The notes under the pieces: model-generated
Database searches by the model: none
What the model saw: the letters and a program-made list of their open reading frames with translations, nothing else
Told to the model about the DNA's origin: nothing
Shown here: piece after piece, positions 48,865 through 56,743 of the stretch
Numbering within the stretch: the first letter of the stretch is position 1
How the letters are laid out: every line of letters begins with the position of its first letter
Assembly: GCA_043824255.1 (NCBI GenBank)
Contig: JBDRTG010000047.1
Span: 224,001-288,000, forward strand
Direction: 5' to 3'
Source of the DNA: a bacterium
GTDB lineage: Bacteria > JAHJDO01
DNA: 64,000 nt
Translations under genes and position numbers: made by a program

Positions 48865-50355
48865 TTAATCTCTAAAAAAATTCTTAAAATAAAACATTTC
48901 GTTTTTTATCACACTAAAGAATATAAGACCAAAACCTGCTTTTAATTGTACGATTACCTTAACAAACGGTAAAAGAAAATAAGGGATTCTTTGAAATGCA
49001 GTAAATAAAAATTTACTATTTATTATTTTCCTCACCCACTTTTTCGGTAATAAAGGCAGGCAAGTAATTAAAAAAGCATATTTTTGGTAATCACCAAAGG
49101 AATCATCTTTACCAGTAATACCTATAGAAGAATATCTGTTTTTCTTGCCTTTATTTATCATATCAACATCCGACTCATTTATAAGTCCTGCTTTTTTGCC
49201 AATTTCTACAATCTTTGTCCCAGGAAAATAAAGCAGTCTGAAACAATTTATTATATGTGGATGGATTATATTAAAAAAATTTATAGACTCTTTTATTGTT
49301 TTTTCACTGTCCATAGGCAAGTTTAAAATACAGTCCACTGCAAAATTAAGACCATATTTTCTGCAAGCTTTCGTTATTTTCAAAACCTGCTCGTTTTTTT
49401 CTCCACGATCTAAAACAGTCTTTCTTATTTCAGAACACCCTGTTTGTAATCCAAAATCAACCAGCGTACATCCAGCATCTTTCAGCAGTTTTACAGTTTC
49501 TTCTTTTGTAAGACTAGGATGTGCCAGACAATTGAAAGGTAAATTTATTTTTTTTTGGTAATCCTTGCTAAATTCTCTCAGCCAATCTATATCCAAAGAA
49601 AATATATCATCCATGAAGACAAAATGTTTGGATTTATAAACATTTTTTCTCCAGAGAAGTTCAGCGATTACATTTTTTACACTTCGCTGACGTACCCAGT
49701 GAAGTGACCCTGAATCCTTGTAGAGCTTTTTCATAACCTGATTCCCGCAATATGTACAACTGAAAGGACATCCCCTACTTGTTAATACTGAGGGGCTGAT
49801 TCTATATGAAGGAGGTAACTGTTCATAAAACAAATCCTCGTCAGGAAATGGATATTTATCCAAATTGACTTCTAATTCTGGCAGGGAATTTTTTATAATC
49901 TCTTCCCCCTCTTTAAACCAGATCCCTCTAATGTTCCTTTTCTGTAATCGTGTATTCATTAACTCTAACAGAGACTCCTCTGCTTCTCCTAAAGCAATCA
50001 TATCTACCTGTGGATTTGAAATAACTTCCTCTGGCACTACTGTAGGATGAGGACCTCCAAAAATTATAGGGATATGGAAATGTTTTTTAAAAAGGTCTGC
50101 TTTTTCAAGCGCCCACTGATAATTAGCAGTAACTACGGAAAAGCCTATTAAATCAGGGGTTATCTCTTTTATTTTTTTTAGAAACATGCTGTTTTTGGAG
50201 AACAAATTTTTAAGCTTTTGATTTCTTATGTAAGCTTTATTAAAAAACATTGGATCAAATAGCAAATAAGTCTTATGCCCATATTTCTTAAGATAACTTG
50301 AAAGATATCCAATGCCCAGCCACTTGTCCTCTGAACACACAAATAGTATTTTCAC
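48865..50355 (-). CDS. Cobalamin-binding radical SAM protein
   Basis: GGPHPT, GEAE, SRGCPFSCTYC, FMDDIF; paralogue of 6687..8198; GTG start. Confidence 0.92.
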   Translation of the reverse strand: MKILFVCSEDKWLGIGYLSSYLKKYGHKTYLLFDPMFFNKAYIRNQKLKNLFSKNSMFLKKIKEITPDLIGFSVVTANYQWALEKADLFKKHFHIPIIFGGPHPTVVPEEVISNPQVDMIALGEAEESLLELMNTRLQKRNIRGIWFKEGEEIIKNSLPELEVNLDKYPFPDEDLFYEQLPPSYRISPSVLTSRGCPFSCTYCGNQVMKKLYKDSGSLHWVRQRSVKNVIAELLWRKNVYKSKHFVFMDDIFSLDIDWLREFSKDYQKKINLPFNCLAHPSLTKEETVKLLKDAGCTLVDFGLQTGCSEIRKTVLDRGEKNEQVLKITKACRKYGLNFAVDCILNLPMDSEKTIKESINFFNIIHPHIINCFRLLYFPGTKIVEIGKKAGLINESDVDMINKGKKNRYSSIGITGKDDSFGDYQKYAFLITCLPLLPKKWVRKIINSKFLFTAFQRIPYFLLPFVKVIVQLKAGFGLIFFSVIKNEMFYFKNFFRD

Positions 50356-50438
50356 ATTCTGAGTTCCTTCAAAGTAGTTTTTAGATTTTCCCCCGAGAAG
50401 ACGATGCGTGTATTATATTTGTAAGTAAAAAGATTCAT
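50352..50438 (-). pseudogene. 28-aa mini-ORF, probable collapsed gene
   Basis: MNLFTYKYNTRIVFSGENLKTTLKELRM* fills the gap and ends in a GTGA overlap with the next start. Confidence 0.45.
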
Positions 50439-50442
50439 AATA

Positions 50443-52770
50443 TTATCTAAGATAATAACTGGAAATTATAATATCTGCATTTTTCTCATTAAAATTCTTC
50501 AGGGCATATTCTCTTGCGCAAGAACTCAAAGCTGCTCTTTTTTCTTCATTTTGATAAACCTCATCTATGGAATTCACAATATTCTCTACTGTAGGTTTTA
50601 TCAATATTCCCACTTTTTGAGTTAGTGCCTCCATTATACCACCTCGTTTTGAAGCAATTACAGTCGTGCCACAGGATAAGGCTTCCAGTATAATCCGGCC
50701 ATAGCCTTCTTCATAAATCGACGGCACTATTACAATATCTGCCGCATTGTAATATATATTTAAATCCTTATTATTCACTTTACCTTCAAAGATCAGCCTA
50801 TTATTGCATTCAGCTTCTGTTCTTAACTCATCTTCCAGCGGTCCATCACCAACAATCGAAATATATATATTCTTTTCCAATTTTCTTGAAGCTTCAACCA
50901 ATAGTCTTACTCCCTTTATCTCCAGAAGTCTTCCAACAAACAAAACAATGAATTTCCCTTGCCAATTCAATCTGTTTTTACACTCCATTTTATCCATAGG
51001 CCTAAAAACTTTCTGATTTACCCAATATTTATATACTCTAATCTTGTTCTCCTTAATACCTATGTTAACTAACTCTTTTTTAGACTGTTCAGAAATAGCC
51101 AATATGCAGTCAAATGAGGAAAGAGTATGCTTTATAACTATGCTAAATAAAGAGGGATGCCTGAAATTATATATAGCGTGTGTGCTCATTACTATCTTTT
51201 TTCTAAACAAGATCTTGAAAATTTTAGCAATAAAAGAAGCAAGCATGCCGTGTGAATGAATAACACTGATTTTATTTTTATGCTTCATCATGAAGAAAAA
51301 AGATTTCAGGAAGATTCCAGGAAAGAGATACATCATTACAAGAAAAGGATGTTTCTCTAATTTATGGAATAGATTGTAACCATACCATCTTATCCTGATT
51401 ATCTTGACTGATCCTCTTTTCTCAAAGCTCTTGCCTATTGCCCTGCTCGTTAGAGGCTGGTAGGTTATAACGTATGTTTTTAGACTTCTCTCTGAAAGCA
51501 TATAACATAGATCATCAAGATGTGTCTCCACTCCTCCTATGTTTGGACTAAAAAAAGGACTGATTAACATAATCCTTTTTTTTATTTCTTCATATTCACT
51601 AAAAAGTTTTTGTTTGTAGTTTAAAGAAAGCCTTTCTGTAATCTTTTTAAAATTCAACTTATCTTCAGCATAAACTCTGGAGTTATGAGAAAACTTTTTT
51701 TGCAAATCAGTATCGTCCAAGATTTTTTTTATGGCAGTAGCAAATTCATTTAGCGAATCATGAGAAGTTGCAATTCCACAATTCCCCTCCACAATGACAT
51801 TTTTTATTTCTCCAACCGCATTTGAGACAATAGGTCTTCCGCAAGAAATATAATCTCCAAATCTTATTGGAAATCTGGCTCTCTCTATTATGTTATCCTC
51901 CATTGAGAGAAGCAGGATATCTGCAGAGCCTAAATAAAATGGAACATCTGTTTGCTTAACCTCTCCAACTAATATCAAGTTGTTACATATTCCTTTGTAG
52001 TTATTTATTATTTCTTTTTCGGTATCACCCAGTCCTCCAACCAACATAAGTTTGATGCTTTTATCATATGTAAGCACGAGTTTAAATGCCTCCATTAAGA
52101 ATTCCATTGTGTTCCCCATGTAGGTATGTCCCATAGACAAGAGAATCTTTGCGTTTCTGTCTGCACCTATTTTTTTGCGCGCTAAATACTTATCAATCGG
52201 CTTTATTTCTTCCAGATTAGCCCCATTCGGAATTTTCACAACCTTTCTAGCGTCAATACCAATTTTATAAGCCCCTCTCTCAAGAAAAGAACTTACTACG
52301 GTTACCATATCAGCAAGTTTGGGAATATTTCTTTCAAAATAGTCTAATATATAATTGACAATGGCTGGGTGATAACCTCCAAAACCTCCAGCCCATGCAT
52401 CGTCCCAGTCAACAACGATTTTTTTATACGGTTTGAATATTTTTGCAAATACTGTTGGAATGGCAGTTGTAGGCTGAGCAATAGCAAAGGAATGGAGAAT
52501 ATCATATCTGGAATAGAGGACAATAAAACAGTTAATTATGGCTCTTAATAGATGTCCTGTATGATATTGATGAAATTTCACCCGTGGAAGAGTAATTATA
52601 GTAAAGTTTTTTTCGATATGTTTTTTTCGTATAAAAAAATCTATGTTCTTTTTGCTTGCGCAAACAAGAGTTACTTTATGCCCCATTCTTGCAAGATTTT
52701 TGCCAAGGTAAAAACATCTAAAGTATGTCCCGAAATTCTCAAAGTTATGATTTAAAAATAGAATATTCAT
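50443..52770 (-). CDS. Tandem GT4-GT4 fusion glycosyltransferase
   Basis: Probable start MNILFLNHN at 52770 (ATGA overlap). First domain ends ...PIRFGDYISCGRPIV; second starts MLISPFFSPNIGGVETH and has EEGYGRIILEALSCG. Confidence 0.88.
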   Translation of the reverse strand: MNILFLNHNFENFGTYFRCFYLGKNLARMGHKVTLVCASKKNIDFFIRKKHIEKNFTIITLPRVKFHQYHTGHLLRAIINCFIVLYSRYDILHSFAIAQPTTAIPTVFAKIFKPYKKIVVDWDDAWAGGFGGYHPAIVNYILDYFERNIPKLADMVTVVSSFLERGAYKIGIDARKVVKIPNGANLEEIKPIDKYLARKKIGADRNAKILLSMGHTYMGNTMEFLMEAFKLVLTYDKSIKLMLVGGLGDTEKEIINNYKGICNNLILVGEVKQTDVPFYLGSADILLLSMEDNIIERARFPIRFGDYISCGRPIVSNAVGEIKNVIVEGNCGIATSHDSLNEFATAIKKILDDTDLQKKFSHNSRVYAEDKLNFKKITERLSLNYKQKLFSEYEEIKKRIMLISPFFSPNIGGVETHLDDLCYMLSERSLKTYVITYQPLTSRAIGKSFEKRGSVKIIRIRWYGYNLFHKLEKHPFLVMMYLFPGIFLKSFFFMMKHKNKISVIHSHGMLASFIAKIFKILFRKKIVMSTHAIYNFRHPSLFSIVIKHTLSSFDCILAISEQSKKELVNIGIKENKIRVYKYWVNQKVFRPMDKMECKNRLNWQGKFIVLFVGRLLEIKGVRLLVEASRKLEKNIYISIVGDGPLEDELRTEAECNNRLIFEGKVNNKDLNIYYNAADIVIVPSIYEEGYGRIILEALSCGTTVIASKRGGIMEALTQKVGILIKPTVENIVNSIDEVYQNEEKRAALSSCAREYALKNFNEKNADIIISSYYLR

Positions 52771-54290
52771 GTTTTTACTAAGAGTCCCAATCCCTTCTTT
52801 GTCCTGTCTAAAAAAGCACCCATTCCCTGGCCTTTTAAAACTCTCAGCATATTGCGTATTTGCCTGATATCCCACTTGATATCTTTGTATTTTTCTCTCA
52901 ACCATTCACCTCTTGCCTTATCGCAAAATTCCGAGACGATATTGTTTGGCAGATTTTTATTGTTTACAACGAAACTATTTGCTCCATCAAAGTCAGACCA
53001 GTGTTTATAGGATAAAAGATTGCTTTTCTCCATCTCGTCAAAATACTTAGTACCTGGAAATGGGGTTGTAATGCTAAACTGAACTGTGTCAACATCCAGC
53101 TGTTTTGAAAATTGCATTGTTTCAAGCATTGTTTCCCGTGTTTCTCCAAGAAGTCCAAAGGAGAATGTTGCGTGAGTCTTTATGCCCAGAGCTGCGCATA
53201 ATTCTGCAGTCTTTCTTACCCTTTTAAAATCTATCGGTTTGTTTATATTCTTAAGTATGCTCTTATTTCCGCTTTCCACACCAAATTTCATACCTATACA
53301 TCCACTGGCAGCCATTTTCTTTAACATATCTTCATCTGTTACCATTGCATCTCCCATGCAAGACCAGCGAATTTTAATACCTCTTTTCATTATTTCTTCA
53401 CAGATACCTAGAACATGTTCCTTATTGATAGTAAATGAGTCATCATCAAAGTATATTTCTTTTGGATGAAATTTTTTTATTACATATTCCATTTCATCAA
53501 CAACACGTTTTGGACTGAACATGCGATATTTCCCGCTGTCATACATTACCTGGTTCCATAGACAAAAATTGCATTTGAACGGACATCCTCTGCTTGAATG
53601 CATTTGAACAGTTGGGCGATACTGGCAAAATCCATCCCAGTAAGCATTCTGAAAAACAGGATAAGAAGAATGCAGATTGACATTTGGAGAAACAGGAAAC
53701 AGATGATAAGCTGGATATGGAAGCTGGTCAAGCGGGTCAATAGAGTTACCTCTTCCTCCATTTATTATTTCGCCTTTATTTCTATAAACAAGTCCTGAGA
53801 TAGGTGACGTAGTACCAAGATTTTCGATCAAATTAAGAAGGCTTAATTCATATTCTCCGAGAAGTATAAAATCAACCTCAGCAGAGGCATTCATAACTTC
53901 TTCTGGGAAAACAGTTACGTGAGAACCCGCAAGTATAATAATCGCGCCAGTATCTTTTTTTAATTCCTTAACCAATTTTAGATCATAATCTATGGTCGGA
54001 GTTGAGGTTTCAAAAAATATACAGTCAGGAGAACAATTAAAAACAAGTTTTCTGAACTCCTGAACATCAAGATTTAATGGTATTGCATCTATAACAAATA
54101 CATCGTGATTATTCTTTTCTAATAATGCAGCGCAATATGCGAGGTAGAAAGGGAATGGAACATATTCCGGCTTATCGTTCTTCTTTTTTAAGGTAGAAAA
54201 CGGCCACCTGCTTCCTGCGCGAACAAAATATCTTTCGTTTTCTTCAGGTAAGTCTATACGACATGGAGGATTGGCAAGTAAAATTTTCAT
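52767..54290 (-). CDS. Cobalamin-binding radical SAM protein (HpnJ-like N-terminal motif)
   Basis: RAGSRWP...PFPFYLAY, AGSHVT, GEYE, SRGCPFKCNFC, FDDDSF, FGVESG. Confidence 0.9.
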   Translation of the reverse strand: MKILLANPPCRIDLPEENERYFVRAGSRWPFSTLKKKNDKPEYVPFPFYLAYCAALLEKNNHDVFVIDAIPLNLDVQEFRKLVFNCSPDCIFFETSTPTIDYDLKLVKELKKDTGAIIILAGSHVTVFPEEVMNASAEVDFILLGEYELSLLNLIENLGTTSPISGLVYRNKGEIINGGRGNSIDPLDQLPYPAYHLFPVSPNVNLHSSYPVFQNAYWDGFCQYRPTVQMHSSRGCPFKCNFCLWNQVMYDSGKYRMFSPKRVVDEMEYVIKKFHPKEIYFDDDSFTINKEHVLGICEEIMKRGIKIRWSCMGDAMVTDEDMLKKMAASGCIGMKFGVESGNKSILKNINKPIDFKRVRKTAELCAALGIKTHATFSFGLLGETRETMLETMQFSKQLDVDTVQFSITTPFPGTKYFDEMEKSNLLSYKHWSDFDGANSFVVNNKNLPNNIVSEFCDKARGEWLREKYKDIKWDIRQIRNMLRVLKGQGMGAFLDRTKKGLGLLVKT

Positions 54291-54434
54291 ATTTTTTTAC
54301 TCAAATACCTCATTCCCAATGCAATCCTTAACACATACATTCCAAAGCTGAGCAAGGGATGGGACAAAAGCCTGAACATTTTTCCATTTTCAACAAACAC
54401 TCCAAAAAATCTATACCAAAATCCCAATCCTCAT
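54287..54434 (-). pseudogene. Orphan 3' end of a GT2 gene (diverged duplicate of the end of 55853..56713)
   Basis: LGFWYRFFGVFVENGKMFRLLSHPLLSFGMYVLRIALGMRYLSKKI*; 29-nt exact match between 54393-54421 and 56010-56038; the stop overlaps the next ATG. Confidence 0.92.
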
Positions 54435-54443
54435 GACCTGATC

Positions 54444-55832
54444 TCACTCCGAATAGGCTAAATCTATCAGTCCAAAAAGATAAATAGGAATAATTAAAAT
54501 ATCATCTTTCATTTCCAGAGTATTCTTAGAGACAACTATTTTCCTTTTGCCATATTTTAAGCCCTGCATATCTTCTTTTGTAATTCTGTCTTTGTATTTT
54601 ACCTCAATCGCCAGTTCCCCATTAGGAATCCAGAAGTCAATCTCTTTTTTATCCTTAAAATAATAGAACTCTAATCCTTGTTTGTAGAGCTCGCCGGCAA
54701 TAAACGCCTCAGCTATCCGACTATCAAGTGATGGCTGAAGATATTTTTGGTAAAAGCCATTAATTTCATTAGCTCCGGAGATAAAACTGTTAAATATCCA
54801 GAATAAAAAAGTATCAGTAGGATAGTATTTCTTGTTCTTTTTAAGAATTACCCTTTTTTGAGGAATATTGTAAAAAAGTGTTTCTACTAAAAAGAAAGAA
54901 TCTGAAAAGAATCTTAAATATTCGGATGCTGTATTTTTGGAACCTAATTCTGCCTCTTCGGCTACATTAGCATAAGAGGTCTCTGATCCTAGAGAAGCGA
55001 TTATTTTAGCTAATATTAACCGAGCGTGAATTTCTTTTTTCCCATATTTTGCCAATTCGCTTCTCAGGGTATTTTTGTAAAGCTCTACCGCATCAAAATA
55101 AGGTTCTTTTTTAACAGTCAGATCTAATATCTTTAAAAAGCCTCCGGTTAAAAGAAACCGCTGATAATCCTTTTTGAGATTTATCTTTTTAATTGATAAT
55201 TTTCTTATCATTTGTTTTAAATCACTAAAAGAACGAAGACGTGATGTTAATTTTAACTGAGGGTAAAAAAGATTAAAATAATCAAAGAAGTTGATCGGTA
55301 AAAACATTACATCTTTGCCTTTGCCCCTTCTCCCCGGAAGAAATTCTCCACTCTTTTTTAAGCTTATACTGCTTGAGCCGGTCAGAATTATTTTTGAATT
55401 ATTAAAAAAATTGTTGTCAGCAAGCCATTTTATGGCGTATGGCCAGTCATTTACCGAAGAAATTTCATCTAAAAATAAATAATTTGGCGAATTTTCTCCG
55501 GATTCAGACTGAAGTCCCTCTAAGAAACTTGAAACCAAATCTATAATATCCCTGCGAGAATCAAGGCAATCGCAATTAAAATAAAGAATGTTTACAGATG
55601 GAACTCTTTTTAGAAGCTTTCTGATCAAAAGTTTGATGGCCGTGCTTTTACCTGTCTGACGAGGGCCGTAAACAATATTAACCGCTCCATTCTCAAGTGG
55701 CAAATTTAATATATTCTGCGGCAGATACTTTACGCTTGAAGCCTCAAACTCTTTAATCTTGGCATCCGCTTCTATTTCTTCTTTCTTAAACCACCATGGA
55801 TTTTGGATAGTAAGAAAATCATAGTTAATCAT
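54444..55832 (-). CDS. AAA+ ATP-binding protein (AAA_14 / DUF4143 type, C-terminal PD-(D/E)xK-like motif)
   Basis: QNPWW, Walker A GPRQTGKS, LFLDEI, TGSS, LPGR, KKYY..D, EIDF...IEVK. Confidence 0.88.
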   Translation of the reverse strand: MINYDFLTIQNPWWFKKEEIEADAKIKEFEASSVKYLPQNILNLPLENGAVNIVYGPRQTGKSTAIKLLIRKLLKRVPSVNILYFNCDCLDSRRDIIDLVSSFLEGLQSESGENSPNYLFLDEISSVNDWPYAIKWLADNNFFNNSKIILTGSSSISLKKSGEFLPGRRGKGKDVMFLPINFFDYFNLFYPQLKLTSRLRSFSDLKQMIRKLSIKKINLKKDYQRFLLTGGFLKILDLTVKKEPYFDAVELYKNTLRSELAKYGKKEIHARLILAKIIASLGSETSYANVAEEAELGSKNTASEYLRFFSDSFFLVETLFYNIPQKRVILKKNKKYYPTDTFLFWIFNSFISGANEINGFYQKYLQPSLDSRIAEAFIAGELYKQGLEFYYFKDKKEIDFWIPNGELAIEVKYKDRITKEDMQGLKYGKRKIVVSKNTLEMKDDILIIPIYLFGLIDLAYSE

Positions 55833-55852
55833 AATGACTATTATGCCCTAAT

Positions 55853-56713
55853 TTAAGTCAATGTCAATAACTTTAAGTAAAAAACTTGAACTTTATCTTT
55901 GCTGCAAAATTTAGCCAACAAATACCTTATCCCTACTAATATTCTCAATCCATACATTCCACCACTTAGCATTGGATATCTCAGCAATCTCCTCCACTTT
56001 CCATTCTCTACAAACACTCCAAAAAATCTATACCAAAAACCCAATTGCTTTCTTATTATCTTATCATTCTTTCCCCATTTGTTAATATATTCATTAACTG
56101 TCTTAGCATAATAAGATTTTTTATTTGTATATCTTTTGAGATTAAACAGCCCTTCGTTGTGATATATTGGAGTATTTACTATATCTATCGTGCCAACTTT
56201 TTTGATCCTTCTATCAAAATCCCAATCTTCGGGACCAGTTAAACTCTCATCAAATCCACCAATCTCCATGAATTTATCTCTGCGGACAAATCGAACGCAA
56301 TCTATTACTGTTGCATTATAAAAACTTCTTTCAAAGTCTCTCACCTTCACCCAAAATCCTTTACCGATTATTTTCTCCGGAATATACAAGGCAACATACC
56401 CATCTTTTTCGCATTTTTCTACACATTCAGATATGAGATTTTCGGATAGTATCATATCTGCATCCAAATACAGAATATATTTCCCCTTTGCTTTCTCAAT
56501 TCCAAAGTTTCTTTGGGCAGAGCGCTCAGGACCGAAATTATAAACCCTCTCTGTATACTCATAGGCAATTTCTTTTGTTCTGTCTGTTGAGTTATTGTCC
56601 ACTACGATTATTTCAATTTTGTCCTGAGGATAAGTCACATTTCTAATTGACCTCAAACAATTCTTTATGTTTTTCTCTTCGTTTTTAGTTGTGATAATTA
56701 CTGAAACATCCAT
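55853..56713 (-). CDS. Glycosyltransferase family 2
   Basis: VSVIITTKNEE, VDNNSTD, GPERSAQRN, YLDAD, GPEDWD. Confidence 0.92.
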   Translation of the reverse strand: MDVSVIITTKNEEKNIKNCLRSIRNVTYPQDKIEIIVVDNNSTDRTKEIAYEYTERVYNFGPERSAQRNFGIEKAKGKYILYLDADMILSENLISECVEKCEKDGYVALYIPEKIIGKGFWVKVRDFERSFYNATVIDCVRFVRRDKFMEIGGFDESLTGPEDWDFDRRIKKVGTIDIVNTPIYHNEGLFNLKRYTNKKSYYAKTVNEYINKWGKNDKIIRKQLGFWYRFFGVFVENGKWRRLLRYPMLSGGMYGLRILVGIRYLLAKFCSKDKVQVFYLKLLTLT

Positions 56714-56743
56714 TAAATATGTCTGTCCTTATTTTTTTCTTTT

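Noticed and set aside
5654..50438. Short ORFs near rSAM/SPASM genes as RiPP precursor peptides
   Set aside because: They are better explained as fragments of GT, methyltransferase, phosphatase or rSAM genes; no RRE/PqqD domain, peptidase or peptide exporter was seen
52771..52905. N-terminal 45-aa extension of the GT4-GT4 ORF
   Set aside because: It overlaps the upstream rSAM gene by more than 130 nt; ATG 52770 in an ATGA overlap gives a typical GT4 start
54287..56045. Possible diversity-generating retroelement TR/VR pair (repeat of a gene 3' end)
   Set aside because: Mismatches are largely third-position and not adenine-specific, and no reverse transcriptase is present; better explained as a recombination scar
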